A DNA stretch of 64,000 nucleotides from Sulfitobacter sp. (GCF_039977885.1 NZ_JBDWCI010000001.1:10435-74434), one strand, 5' to 3'. Numbered from the stretch's first letter, positions 8,689 to 18,823 are shown. Numbers and translations: made by a program. Notes: generated by a model not told the origin, from the letters alone.

Positions 8689-9360
8689 ATGTTTGGAATG
8701 GGTTTTAAACAAACAAGACCGACCCGCCGCATCGTTGAGATGACGGGCGCTTATGATGGCGGGATTGCGGCGCTGAGCCATGGGTTGATGGCAGGCACGC
8801 GGGTGGCAAGCAACCTTGGCTGGCGCGCGATTGATGCGCTAACTGTGGGTGACAAGGTGCTGACCTTTGATCATGGTATGCAGGAAATCACCGAAATTCG
8901 CCGCGCACATATGTGGCTGGACGCGCCGGAGACAGCCGAGAATTTGTGGCCTGTTGTGATCCCTGAAGGGGCTTTGGGCAACCGCGAAGAACTGGTTCTG
9001 TTGCCAGAGCAGGGTGTGATGGTTGAAAGCGACGCCGCCGTTGATATGCATGGCGATCCTTTTGCCGTGATCACGGCGCACAGCCTTGTTGGCCTGCGCG
9101 GTATCCGCCGCCGTCAGCCGATGCAGCGGATTGAGTTGATCGCCGTATATTTTGCCGGTGATGAAGTGATCTATGCCGAAGGCGGCGCGTTGATCCATTG
9201 TCCCCGCGATATGTCATCGCTTGATAAATTCCTTCAGGCCGGCGCGCAGACCTATGTTGTTCTGGATGGCGAGGCCGCAGAGGAGCTGGCCGATATGATG
9301 TATCTTGAAGAGCATATGCTGGTTCCCCCTGCACATGCGGCGAACTTTTCAGCAATCTGA
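8689..9360 (+). CDS. Stand-alone Hint-domain protein (Hint_2-like)
   Basis: GLMAGTRVASNLGWRAIDALTVGDKVLTFDHG, PVVIPEGALGNREELVLLPEQ and EVIYAEG match the Hint_2 pattern. Confidence 0.75.
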   Translation: MFGMGFKQTRPTRRIVEMTGAYDGGIAALSHGLMAGTRVASNLGWRAIDALTVGDKVLTFDHGMQEITEIRRAHMWLDAPETAENLWPVVIPEGALGNREELVLLPEQGVMVESDAAVDMHGDPFAVITAHSLVGLRGIRRRQPMQRIELIAVYFAGDEVIYAEGGALIHCPRDMSSLDKFLQAGAQTYVVLDGEAAEELADMMYLEEHMLVPPAHAANFSAI

Positions 9361-9488
9361 TTGTTTCTAAATAATCCATTCTGTCATTCCCTGTGGCGGG
9401 AAGAGGGGGCGCTTTGGCGGCCCCTTTTTCGTATGGAGACCTGCCCGTAGCAGGCCTATAGATGCTCTAACCTTGCGGGAGTTCTCCG

Positions 9489-10676
9489 ATGCTGAATGTT
9501 GTGGTTATTGTGGTTATTGTGGTTTGCCTAGGGGCTGCGGGGCTTTTGATGATGCCGCGCCTTGCTGGTGCCCCGCTGTGGCGAGCGTCGATTACCCCGT
9601 TGGCGTCTATCATCGGTAGCGGTTTTCTGGTGCTAGGTCCGGCGCTGAATGCCTCATACGGGGTGTTGGCCCCGTTGGTGATGGCAGGACTATGTGCGGT
9701 GGCTTATGCCTTTGGCGGGGCGATCCGTTTTAATATGGCCCATGCAGACAGGCAGGCACACAGCCGGCGGCTCGAGACTGTTTCGGCGTGGCTATTGGCC
9801 TTCGCCTATATTGTTTCGGTGGCTTACTACCTCAATCTGCTGGGCGCATTTTCGGCGACGCTGGTGCCTCAGGGCGGGGCATATCTGGGCAAGGTCATCA
9901 CAACGGCGGTGTATCTGGCCATCGCTGCAATCGGCTGGACCAAAGGATTTGCCGCGCTTGAACGCATGGAGCAGGTGTCGGTCGGGATTAAATTATCGGT
10001 GATTGCAGGGATGTTGGCCGCGCTGATGTGGTACTTTGGCGGCTTGTCCACCGAAGGCCAGCTGCACCTTGCCGCGCCGCAAACTTCCCCCTTGCACGGG
10101 GTAATGCTGGCTTTTGGTTTGCTGGTGACTGTTCAGGGGTTTGAGACATCGCGCTATCTGGGGGATGAATATGGGGTCGGGACGCGGATCCGCTCGATGA
10201 AGCTGGCGCAATGGATCTCTACGGTGATTTACCTGCTGTATATCACCCTGTTTTGCTATTCTTTCGCGCCGCAGGATGGTCCGGTGGACGAGACAGCGAT
10301 CATCGCGATGATGGGGGTTGTCACCCCCGTCCTGCCTGCTCTGTTAATGGTCGCAGCCCTGAGCGCGCAGTTCAGCGCGGCGGTGGCCGATACCAATGGA
10401 TCGGGCGGGCTACTGTCGGAGCTGACCAAGAGCCGCCTGCCGCCGCGGGCTGGGTATCTGTTGCTGGTAGGCTTCGGGTTGATGCTGACCTGGGCGTTCA
10501 GCGTGTTCGAGATCATCAGCTACGCCTCGCGTGCCTTTGCATTATACTATGGCTGTCAGGCGATCATCGCAGCGGGGCAGGCGCGCAAAAACGGGGCAGG
10601 GGGCAAAGCCCTGTTGTTTGCTGCTTTGGGTGTTTTGGGTGGGCTGGTTGCGGTATTTGGTGCCGCGGTAGAATAG
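9489..10676 (+). CDS. Polytopic membrane protein, APC-superfamily-like transporter
   Basis: About 11-12 hydrophobic segments; SIIGSGF (TM1) and QGFET (TM6) motifs. Confidence 0.6.
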   Translation: MLNVVVIVVIVVCLGAAGLLMMPRLAGAPLWRASITPLASIIGSGFLVLGPALNASYGVLAPLVMAGLCAVAYAFGGAIRFNMAHADRQAHSRRLETVSAWLLAFAYIVSVAYYLNLLGAFSATLVPQGGAYLGKVITTAVYLAIAAIGWTKGFAALERMEQVSVGIKLSVIAGMLAALMWYFGGLSTEGQLHLAAPQTSPLHGVMLAFGLLVTVQGFETSRYLGDEYGVGTRIRSMKLAQWISTVIYLLYITLFCYSFAPQDGPVDETAIIAMMGVVTPVLPALLMVAALSAQFSAAVADTNGSGGLLSELTKSRLPPRAGYLLLVGFGLMLTWAFSVFEIISYASRAFALYYGCQAIIAAGQARKNGAGGKALLFAALGVLGGLVAVFGAAVE

Positions 10677-10699
10677 AGGGGCGCGGGCGGCGCCCCTCT
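10675..10699. terminator. Hairpin between convergent genes
   Basis: AGAGGGGCGC-GGGCG-GCGCCCCTCT. Confidence 0.6.
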
Positions 10700-10708
10700 G
10701 GTTTGCAC

Positions 10709-12913
10709 TTAGGCTGCGTTTGCAGCCTCGACGCCAAAGCGGCCATAGAAAGTCTGGTTTTTCTCGGCCATCTCGCGCAGCAGGGCGGGGCATTTGAACC
10801 GCTCGCCGAATTGCGCCTCTAGCTGGTCACAACGCTCGGCCGCATAGGGTGTACCGATCATGTCAAGCCATGACAGCGGGCCACCGGACCACGGCGCAAA
10901 GCCCCAGCCAAGGATCGCGCCCACGTCGCCTTCGCGAATGTCCATCAACACGCCTTCTTCCAACGCGCGCACGGCCTCAAGGACTTGGACGAACATCAGG
11001 CGGTCCTGAACATCCTGCAGCTTGGGCTGTTCTGCGGCCAGCGGGTATTTGTCATGGATACCTTTCCAATAGCCAAGGCGTTTGCCTTTTTCGTCATAGT
11101 CGAAATAGCCGGCTTTGGATTTACGGCCCAAACGACCCTGTTCCTCGAGCCAGACGATCAGATTGTCGGCCTCGGAGGCGGGATAGGCGTCGCCCATGGC
11201 CGCTTTGGTGGCGCGCATGATCTTGGTGGCAAGGTCCACAGAAGTCTCGTCCCCCAATTGCACAGGACCAACAGGGAAGCCGAGCATTTGCGCGGCATGG
11301 TCGATGTACCAAGGGGCCACGCCTTCGGTGATCATGCGGTTCGCTTCGCCGCCGTAGGGGATGATGCAGCGGTTGGCATAAAAGAAGCGTGCGTCATTCA
11401 CCACGATTGGCGTTTTGCGGATCTGGCGCACAAAATCGAGCGCTTTGGCCACGGCACGGTCACCGGTGTTGGCCCCTTTGATGATCTCGACCAGCAGCAT
11501 CCGCTCAACCGGAGAGAAGAAGTGGATGCCGATGAATTGCTCCTGTCGCGAAGATGCCTTGGCCAGCTCGGTGATCGGCAGGGTCGAGGTGTTGGAGGCA
11601 AAGATGCAATCTTCGGGGATCACGGCCTCGACCTTTTTGGTCATCTCGGCTTTGACGGCAGGGTCTTCGAACACTGCTTCGATGATCAGGTCACAGCCTT
11701 TGAGCGCATCCAGATCGGGCGTCGCGGTGATGAGGTTCAGCAGGGCCTCTTTCTTTTCTGGTGTGGCTTTGCGGCGGGCGATGCCTTTGTCCATATAGGC
11801 CTCAGAGTAGGCTTTGCCCTTGTCAGCGGCGGCTTGATCGCGGTCGATCAGCACGACCTCGATGCCCGCCTGCGCCGAGACAAGCGCGATGCCCGCGCCC
11901 ATCATGCCAGCGCCCAGCACGCCCAGCTTTTTCACCCGTTGGTCCGATACGCCGTCAGGGCGCACAGCGCCTTTTTCCAGCGCTTCCTTGTTCAGGAACA
12001 GTGACCGGATCATCGCCGAGGAAGACGGATTCATCAAAACGGAGGTGAACCAGCGCGCTTCGATCTTCAGCGCGGTATCAAATGGTACAAGCGCGCCTTC
12101 ATAGACCGCTGAAAGCAGCGCCTTGGCAGCGGGGTAGACGCCTTTTGTCTTGCCGTGGACCATGGCCGAAGCCCCAACGAAGGTCATAAAGCCTGCGGGG
12201 TGATAGGGCGCACCGCCGGGCATTTTATAGCCTTTGGCATCCCATGGTTTCAGGATGTCCGCATCCTTGGCCGACAGAACCCATGCGCGCGCGTCCGCCA
12301 TGGGATCATCGCTGACCTCATGGACGATGCCAGCCTTTTGGGCTGCGTCAGGGGCCAGCATTTTACCCTCAAGCAACAAGGGCGAAGCTGCCATTGCGCC
12401 CAGCATACGCACAAGGCGCGTGGTGCCACCGGCACCGGGGAAGATGCCAACCTGAATTTCGGGCAGGCCGATGCGGGCCTTGGGATTGTTGGCCGCAAAG
12501 ATACGGTGCGTGGCCAGCGGCAGCTCAAGCCCGATGCCTGCGGCGGTGCCGGGCAGGACGGTCGCGATCGGCTTGCCGCCCTTGTTGGTCTTGGGGTCCA
12601 TGCCGGCACGTTCGATTTTGCGCAGCAATGTATGCATGCGCATGGTGCCCTCGAACAGGCCTTTGGCCGGATCATCGCCCGCATCGGCCTTCATTTTTGC
12701 CAGCAGGTTCAGGTCCATCCCGCCCGCGAAAGAGCCCGCCTTACCAGAGGTGATGATGATGCCTTTGACAGCGTCATCAGCCAGCGCCTGTTCGGTCAGC
12801 GTGTCGAGGTCTTCCAAGCCCTCTATGGACATGACGTTCATGGATTTGTCGGCGACATCCCATGTGATGGTGGCGATGCCGTCGGCATCAATGTTCATTG
12901 TAAAATCGGTCAT
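10709..12913 (-). CDS. fadJ: Fatty-acid oxidation multifunctional enzyme (enoyl-CoA hydratase / 3-hydroxyacyl-CoA dehydrogenase)
   Basis: Crotonase domain (FAGGMDL, GLPEIQVGIFPGAGG); GAGMMGAG Rossmann motif; HFFSPVERMLLVE catalytic His/Glu. Confidence 0.9.
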   Translation of the reverse strand: MTDFTMNIDADGIATITWDVADKSMNVMSIEGLEDLDTLTEQALADDAVKGIIITSGKAGSFAGGMDLNLLAKMKADAGDDPAKGLFEGTMRMHTLLRKIERAGMDPKTNKGGKPIATVLPGTAAGIGLELPLATHRIFAANNPKARIGLPEIQVGIFPGAGGTTRLVRMLGAMAASPLLLEGKMLAPDAAQKAGIVHEVSDDPMADARAWVLSAKDADILKPWDAKGYKMPGGAPYHPAGFMTFVGASAMVHGKTKGVYPAAKALLSAVYEGALVPFDTALKIEARWFTSVLMNPSSSAMIRSLFLNKEALEKGAVRPDGVSDQRVKKLGVLGAGMMGAGIALVSAQAGIEVVLIDRDQAAADKGKAYSEAYMDKGIARRKATPEKKEALLNLITATPDLDALKGCDLIIEAVFEDPAVKAEMTKKVEAVIPEDCIFASNTSTLPITELAKASSRQEQFIGIHFFSPVERMLLVEIIKGANTGDRAVAKALDFVRQIRKTPIVVNDARFFYANRCIIPYGGEANRMITEGVAPWYIDHAAQMLGFPVGPVQLGDETSVDLATKIMRATKAAMGDAYPASEADNLIVWLEEQGRLGRKSKAGYFDYDEKGKRLGYWKGIHDKYPLAAEQPKLQDVQDRLMFVQVLEAVRALEEGVLMDIREGDVGAILGWGFAPWSGGPLSWLDMIGTPYAAERCDQLEAQFGERFKCPALLREMAEKNQTFYGRFGVEAANAA

Positions 12914-12928
12914 AGGGTTTCCTGATCT

Positions 12929-13390
12929 TTACTGTTGTTTTGACTGCGGTGCGTGCCAATCCTTGAGCACGTGTCCGACTGTCGTGTTTGAATCTACGCC
13001 GTATTGACTGCTCGCGACCTTCCAGTGTCCGTCGAAACATTCGAGTATCGAGTAACATGGCATCGCAGGGCCAACGCGATCGTTGCCGACCATCAAATGC
13101 TGGATATGAGTGGCCTGTATGCGTGTGGGCGACTGAAATTCTGCGACCTCAAGGATGCGGACCAGACTAGTGATCCGCATTACTTCGTAATCCTGACAGA
13201 CAGCCAGAAAGATGCGGCGCAGATCTTCGCGGGTTTCCAATACTGTTTTATCTTCAGCAGAGCTGATGAAATGGGGAACATGAAAACAGGTTGAAAATGT
13301 GTCAAAGTCACACGCAAGCATGGCCTTTGCTGTAATCTCGAGAAGGTTTTCCGAGATTTCTCTTGCTGTTTTGGTTGGTTCCCCAGTCAT
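12929..13390 (-). CDS. Hypothetical protein, NTF2/SnoaL-like fold suspected
   Basis: 153-codon ORF filling the fadA-fadJ gap exactly; [14 protein letters not shown] pattern and C-terminal [11 protein letters not shown]. Confidence 0.55.
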   Translation of the reverse strand: MTGEPTKTAREISENLLEITAKAMLACDFDTFSTCFHVPHFISSAEDKTVLETREDLRRIFLAVCQDYEVMRITSLVRILEVAEFQSPTRIQATHIQHLMVGNDRVGPAMPCYSILECFDGHWKVASSQYGVDSNTTVGHVLKDWHAPQSKQQ

Positions 13391-13395
13391 CAGTT

Positions 13396-14607
13396 TTACA
13401 CCCGCTCGATGATCGTCGCTGCTCCCATGCCGGACGCAATGCAAAGCGTGGCAAGGCCGACTTCCTTGTCTGCGCGCTCCAGTTCGTCCAGCAGGGTGCC
13501 GATGATCATCGCACCTGTGGCCCCCAAAGGGTGACCCATGGCAATGGAGCCGCCGTTCACGTTGACCTTATCATGGTCCACGTCAAAAGCTTGCATAAAA
13601 CGCATTACAACCGACGCGAAGGCTTCGTTCACCTCGAACAGGTCGATGTCTTTGATGTCCATGCCGTTATCAGCAAGGATTTTCTGGGTCACGGGCACAG
13701 GACCGGTAAGCATAATGGTCGGGTCAGTGCCGATCTTTGCAGTGGCGCGGATGCGCGCGCGGGGTTTGAGGCCGTATTTTTCGCCAAATTCCTTATTGCC
13801 GATCAGCACGGCCGCCGCACCGTCGACGATACCCGAAGAGTTGCCGGCGTGGTGGATGTGGTTGATTTTCTCAAGGTGCGGATATTTCAGCAGGGCCACC
13901 GCGTCAAAACCGGGCATGACTTCACCCATCTGTTGAAACGCCGGGTTCAGCGCGCCAAGGCTTTGCATGTCGGTTTGGGGGCGCATGTATTCGTCGCGGC
14001 TCAGGATTTCGAGGCCGTTCTGGTCACGGATGGTGATGACGGATTTGTCAAAGCGCCCTTCTTCCCACGCTTTTTGGGCGCGCTGTTGGGATGCAACAGC
14101 AAGCGCATCGGCATCTGCGCGTGAAAAGCCGTATTCGGTTGCGATGATATCGGCCGAGATGCCTTGGGGGACAAAATACTGATCGATTGCGATGGAGGGG
14201 TCGGCGGCAATGGCAGCGCCGTCGCTGCCCATCGCCACGCGGCCCATCATTTCCACGCCACCGGCGATATAGGCCATACCGGCACCGCCCTTGATCTGGT
14301 TCGCGGCCAGATTCACGGCTTCCATGCCGGAGGCGCAGAAACGGTTGATGGCAAGGCCGGGAATGTTTTCATCAAGGTCCGAGGCGAGCACGGCGGAACG
14401 CGCAAGGCAGCCGCCTTGCTCCATCACCTGGGTCACATTGCCCCAGATCACGTCTTCGACGGCATGGCCTTCGAGGTTGTTACGTTCTTTCACCGCATTG
14501 AGCGTCAGCGCAGAGAGCCGCAGGGATGTCAGCTCGTGCAGGGCACCGTCTTTGCGACCTTTACCGCGGGGGGTGCGCAAAGCATCATAAATATAGGCTT
14601 CGGTCAT
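13396..14607 (-). CDS. fadA: Acetyl-CoA C-acyltransferase (thiolase)
   Basis: [20 protein letters not shown] and LCIASGMG catalytic motifs. Confidence 0.9.
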   Translation of the reverse strand: MTEAYIYDALRTPRGKGRKDGALHELTSLRLSALTLNAVKERNNLEGHAVEDVIWGNVTQVMEQGGCLARSAVLASDLDENIPGLAINRFCASGMEAVNLAANQIKGGAGMAYIAGGVEMMGRVAMGSDGAAIAADPSIAIDQYFVPQGISADIIATEYGFSRADADALAVASQQRAQKAWEEGRFDKSVITIRDQNGLEILSRDEYMRPQTDMQSLGALNPAFQQMGEVMPGFDAVALLKYPHLEKINHIHHAGNSSGIVDGAAAVLIGNKEFGEKYGLKPRARIRATAKIGTDPTIMLTGPVPVTQKILADNGMDIKDIDLFEVNEAFASVVMRFMQAFDVDHDKVNVNGGSIAMGHPLGATGAMIIGTLLDELERADKEVGLATLCIASGMGAATIIERV

Positions 14608-14649
14608 GTTATGTCTCCTTAGAGTGGCTCTTTGGGGGCCGGTGTTTGG

Positions 14650-15288
14650 TCAGGCGCGGTCAGCGGGGCTGCCGGGCATGAGATCATAGGGGGCTTTCCA
14701 GCCCGGTGTGTCAGACAGGCGGGTGAGCCATGCGTCAATGTTGGGATAGGCGCTGCGGTCGAACCCGAAGGGTTCGGGGTAATAGAGGTACCCGCAGCAG
14801 GTAAGATCGGCGTTTGTAATGCCATCGCCGACGATCCATTCGCGCCCTGCAAGATGGGTGTCCAAAACAGAATAGGCGCTGATCAGACGTTTCTGGTTAA
14901 AGCTGATGACCTCTTTGGGTTGTTTGTCTTCGGGCAGGAAATTGATCAAAAAGCGGACCATGCCTGCGGCCGAGCTGAGCTTGTGATTGTCCCACAGCAC
15001 CCAGCGCAAAACCTCGCGCTGCTCGTCAGCGTCTTTGCCGCCGAATTTGCCGGATTTCTCAGAAACATAGTCCTGAATGACGCCCGATTGGGTCAAACGT
15101 ACATTGCCGTCGATCATCACGGGGGCTTCGCCCATGACGTTGAGCTCATCGCGGAACTCGGGCGTGCGGCCCTGTCCTCCGAAAAAGTCGATTTTAACCG
15201 CTTCCCAGTCCAGACCCGACAGTTCAAGCGCAAGGGCTGCCTTATAGGAATGCCCGGATTCGCCAAAGCAGTGCAGTTTGATCGTCAT
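14650..15288 (-). CDS. Glutathione S-transferase
   Basis: SGHSYK, GEAPV, LTQSGVIQ and TNADL motifs. Confidence 0.9.
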   Translation of the reverse strand: MTIKLHCFGESGHSYKAALALELSGLDWEAVKIDFFGGQGRTPEFRDELNVMGEAPVMIDGNVRLTQSGVIQDYVSEKSGKFGGKDADEQREVLRWVLWDNHKLSSAAGMVRFLINFLPEDKQPKEVISFNQKRLISAYSVLDTHLAGREWIVGDGITNADLTCCGYLYYPEPFGFDRSAYPNIDAWLTRLSDTPGWKAPYDLMPGSPADRA

Positions 15289-15422
15289 TGCGTGATTTCC
15301 TGTTTTGGCTGCTGTGTCATGAAGATCATTTGTGTCTCCTCTCGAAAGTTGTGCGGCGCCTCCCAGTGCTGCACATATGTGTCTGGATATTGGCCTCCGG
15401 TCGGGCCTTGGTCGTCAGGTCG

Positions 15423-15635
15423 TTATCTTTTGCGCGTGTCCAGTTCGGCATTGAACAGGCGCAGTCGTGCGGTCAGGTTTTCTTCGTTCATCACCGAAGA
15501 AAAATTCTCAAAAAGGAATGACAATGCCTCACCTTCGTCCAATCCGGCATCCGCACTGAATTTCTTGAGGCGTCGGTAACCGTCTTCGGTCATGGCGACA
15601 GGAAAGCGGCGGGTTAGGCGAAAGCGTTTTGGCAA
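15423..15635 (-). CDS. Small ribbon-helix-helix (CopG-like) protein
   Basis: TTG start preceded by GGAGAG; RFPVAMTEDGYRRLKKFSADAGLDEGEALSFLFENF fits the RHH strand-helix-GL-helix pattern. Confidence 0.6.
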   Translation of the reverse strand: MPKRFRLTRRFPVAMTEDGYRRLKKFSADAGLDEGEALSFLFENFSSVMNEENLTARLRLFNAELDTRKR

Positions 15636-15656
15636 GGTGTCTCTCCGGCTGTGAAG

Positions 15657-15680
15657 GGCGGGGGCGCTAATGCCCCCGCC
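15657..15680 (-). terminator. GC-rich hairpin after the acyl-CoA dehydrogenase gene
   Basis: GGCGGGGGC-GCTAAT-GCCCCCGCC; weak U-tract. Confidence 0.4.
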
Positions 15681-15686
15681 GCGACC

Positions 15687-17468
15687 TTAGAAATTTTCAG
15701 CCTCCAGCGCCATCACAGTATCTGCACCGGATTGGATCCGCGTCAGGTGCAGGGCAGTGGCAGGCAGTTGACGTGCCATATAGTAGCGTCCGGTGGCCAG
15801 TTTTGTCTCGTAGAACGTGGCGTCTGATGCACCGTTTGCCAAGGCCTCGAACGAGGCTTTGCCCATCTTGGCCCACATCAGGCCAAGGCAGACATGGCCG
15901 AACATGTGCATGAAATCGTTTGAACCGGCGAGCGCATGATTGGGGTTTTTCATGCCGTTTTGCATGAAATACATGCCTGCCGCTTGCAGATCCTTGCTTG
16001 CAGCCTTGAGCGGTTCGATGAAGTCCTTGTCAAAGGCCTCGTCCTGACCGGCGTTATCCTTGCAGAAGGATTTGACCATATCGAAGAAGGCCATCACATG
16101 TTTGCCGCCGTCTTGGGCCAATTTGCGACCCACCAGATCAAGCGCTTGCACGCCGTTGGCCCCTTCATAGATCATGGCGATACGGGCATCACGGGTGAAT
16201 TGGGACATGCCCCATTCCTCGATATAGCCGTGGCCGCCATAGACCTGCTGGGCTTTGACGGTCATGTCATAGCCGACATCCGTCAGGAAACCTTTGATCA
16301 CAGGGGTAAGCAGCGAGACAAGGCCGTCCGCATCCTTGTCCTCTGCGCGGTGGGCGGCATCAATCATCTGTGCGCCCCAAAGCAGGAACGCACGCCCGCC
16401 CTCGATAAATGACTTTTGATCCATCAAGGAGCGGCGGATGTCAGGGTGCACGATCAGCGGATCGGCAGGCTTGTCCGGTGCAGCGGCACCGGTCACCGCG
16501 CGGCCCTGCAGGCGGTCATTGGCATAGATCACTGCGTTCTGATAGGCGACATCGGCTTGGGCCAACCCTTGCATGCCGACCCCCAGACGGGCCTCGTTCA
16601 TCATGGTGAACATGGCGCGCATGCCTTTATGCTCGGTGCCCAGCAGGTAGCCGGTGGCATCGTCATAGTTCATCACGCAGGTCGAATTGCCGTGGATGCC
16701 CATTTTCTCTTCGATGGAACCGACAGTGGCCCCGTTACGCGCGCCAAGGGAGCCGTCTTCGTTGACGTTGAACTTGGGGACGATGAAGAGCGACACGCCT
16801 TTGATGCCTTCAGGGCCGCCTTCGATCTTGGCCAGCACCAGATGGATGATGTTGTCGGCCATGTCGTGCTCACCCGAGGAGATGAAAATCTTCTGGCCGG
16901 TGATTTTGTAGGACCCGTCTTCCTGTGGCACAGCCTTGGTGCGCATCAGGCCCAGATCGGTGCCGCAATGCGGCTCGGTCAGGTTCATAGTGCCTGTCCA
17001 TTCGCAGCTGACCATATTGGGCAGATACATGTCCTTTTGCGCATCGGTGCCATGGGCAAGGATAGCAGAGGCGGCACCGTGGGTCAGACCCTGATACATG
17101 GTGAAGGCCTGATTGGAGGCTGAAAACATCTCGCCCACGGCAGAACCGATAACGGCGGGCATGTTCTGGCCGCCGTATTGTTCGGGCATGTCCAGCCCGG
17201 GCCAGCCGCCTTCTTTGACCTGATTAAATGCCTCTTTGAACCCTGTGGGCGTGTAGACCATGCCGTTCTCCAGACGGCAGCCTTCCTTGTCGCCAACGGC
17301 GTTCAGCGGGGCAAGGACTTCGGACGTCAGCTTGCCTGCTTCTTCAAGGATAGCAGAGGTGAAATCCGGCTCCAGATCGGCATAGCCGGGGATGTCGGAT
17401 GTGGCCACTTTGAGCAGGTCGTGCAGGACGAACTGCAGGTCTTTGGTCGGTGGGGTATAGCTTGGCAT
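15687..17468 (-). CDS. Acyl-CoA dehydrogenase (long type with C-terminal extension)
   Basis: [40 protein letters not shown] and IYEGANGVQ motifs. Confidence 0.92.
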   Translation of the reverse strand: MPSYTPPTKDLQFVLHDLLKVATSDIPGYADLEPDFTSAILEEAGKLTSEVLAPLNAVGDKEGCRLENGMVYTPTGFKEAFNQVKEGGWPGLDMPEQYGGQNMPAVIGSAVGEMFSASNQAFTMYQGLTHGAASAILAHGTDAQKDMYLPNMVSCEWTGTMNLTEPHCGTDLGLMRTKAVPQEDGSYKITGQKIFISSGEHDMADNIIHLVLAKIEGGPEGIKGVSLFIVPKFNVNEDGSLGARNGATVGSIEEKMGIHGNSTCVMNYDDATGYLLGTEHKGMRAMFTMMNEARLGVGMQGLAQADVAYQNAVIYANDRLQGRAVTGAAAPDKPADPLIVHPDIRRSLMDQKSFIEGGRAFLLWGAQMIDAAHRAEDKDADGLVSLLTPVIKGFLTDVGYDMTVKAQQVYGGHGYIEEWGMSQFTRDARIAMIYEGANGVQALDLVGRKLAQDGGKHVMAFFDMVKSFCKDNAGQDEAFDKDFIEPLKAASKDLQAAGMYFMQNGMKNPNHALAGSNDFMHMFGHVCLGLMWAKMGKASFEALANGASDATFYETKLATGRYYMARQLPATALHLTRIQSGADTVMALEAENF

Positions 17469-17492
17469 GGTCTTCTCTCCCTAAGACGTCGG

Positions 17493-17900
17493 TTAATTGG
17501 TTGCGCTGGCCCTGCGGGGCTGGCGCATGGTCGAAATTACCTTTTCGGCCCATTTCAACTGATCGCGCAGATCGGTGATCGCGCTGTCGATTTCGCTGCG
17601 TTGTCTTTCCAGATCCTCAAGCCGTTTACCGGCAAGGTCGTAGGTCTGCTCAAGCTGGCTAAGCTGGCCATCGCCTTTATAGTAGAGGTCTAGCAACTGC
17701 CGGATTTCTTCGAGCGAAAATCCAAAGCGTTTGCCCCGCAGGATAAGTTTGAGCCGTGCACGGTCACGTTTTGTAAACAGCCGTCGTTGGCCCACGCGTT
17801 CGGGGAACAACAGCTCTTTCGCCTCGTAAAAACGCAAGGTGCGCGGGGTGACATCGAATGCCTCGCACATCTCGCGGATTGTCATCGTCTCGTTACTCAT
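17493..17900 (-). CDS. MerR-family transcriptional regulator (LiuR-like)
   Basis: MTIREMCEAFDVTPRTLRFYE HTH; GFSLEEIRQLL. Confidence 0.9.
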   Translation of the reverse strand: MSNETMTIREMCEAFDVTPRTLRFYEAKELLFPERVGQRRLFTKRDRARLKLILRGKRFGFSLEEIRQLLDLYYKGDGQLSQLEQTYDLAGKRLEDLERQRSEIDSAITDLRDQLKWAEKVISTMRQPRRASATN

Positions 17901-17969
17901 TACTCGTCTCGCAAGGATTGGGGTCATGTCTACGATTCAGTTAGACAGCAGACATACCGTTAATTCTCT

Positions 17970-18021
17970 GGGTTACGTAGTTGTACGTTGCGTAAGTTTT
18001 TAGGGTTACGCGAAATAACCC
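17970..18021. promoter_or_regulatory. Cluster of inverted and direct repeats upstream of the MerR-acd operon
   Basis: TTACG-N13-CGTAA (17973-17995); GGGTTA-N7-TAACCC (18003-18021); GGGTTACG repeated at 17970 and 18003. Confidence 0.5.
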
Positions 18022-18229
18022 AACGTCACCATCTTGGGTCTAACTTGGGCGCTGATCAAGGCGAACAGAGCTGTAGGTGCAAAAAGAGAGCGGATTTCAA
18101 CCTAGGCGTTATTCTGGCGCTGTGGCAGAATAAATACACTCCCCATATCCAGTGAGTTGCTGGCGGCAACATGCGGAAGTTACAAATTTTTAACTTAACG
18201 GCCCCGGCCAGATTTCAGGAGATACGTGG

Positions 18230-18433
18230 ATGACAGTTGGAGTTTTGGAAAACCAGATGCTGCGTATGTCACCATCCGAAGAGATGCATGACTACCTGAT
18301 GGCCGCCGCAAAAATCGTCGAGACGATTTCGTTCGAGATGGCGCAAAAACACGATGCGCAAGAGGTTTTGATGCTGTTAAGCGCTGCGCGCGACATCGAG
18401 ATGCGCGCGGAAGAGCTCAAGACACAATTCTAG
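18230..18433 (+). CDS. Small hypothetical helical protein (67 aa)
   Basis: AGGAG RBS 8 nt before the ATG; amphipathic helical composition. Confidence 0.5.
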   Translation: MTVGVLENQMLRMSPSEEMHDYLMAAAKIVETISFEMAQKHDAQEVLMLLSAARDIEMRAEELKTQF

Positions 18434-18448
18434 GCCGGCTTACATGCC

Positions 18449-18823
18449 TTAATCGTCCAGTTCCTTCAGCGTTTCGTCGCGAAGGCGTGTTAGTTCGGCC
18501 TGTGCCTGTTCAAGCTGTATTTGCTTTTCAGCCAGTTCGGAAAGCTGGCCATTGGCCATTTCTACCCATGCCCGCATTTGCGCCTGACTGCCTTCCTTTT
18601 CGCGGATCAACAGCCATTGGCGGATATCTTCCAATGCAAAGCCAAAGGTACGTCCGCGTAGGATCAGCTCCATGCGCGCGCGTTCGCGCGGCCCGTAAAA
18701 CCGTGTGCGGCCTTCGCGGTCAGGGGCGAGCAATTCGATGTATTCATAATACCGCAATGTTCGCGGCGTTACGTCGAATTTGGCGCACATTTCTTTGAAC
18801 GTCAGGCGGGTATCTTCGTTCAT
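18449..18823 (-). CDS. Second MerR-family regulator
   Basis: LTFKEMCAKFDVTPRTLRYYE; GFALEDIRQWL. Confidence 0.88.
   Translation of the reverse strand: MNEDTRLTFKEMCAKFDVTPRTLRYYEYIELLAPDREGRTRFYGPRERARMELILRGRTFGFALEDIRQWLLIREKEGSQAQMRAWVEMANGQLSELAEKQIQLEQAQAELTRLRDETLKELDD

Noticed and set aside
9355-9371. Possible Irr ICE motif (…TTCTAAA)
   Set aside because: Only one half-site matches TTTAGAA-N3-TTCTAAA.
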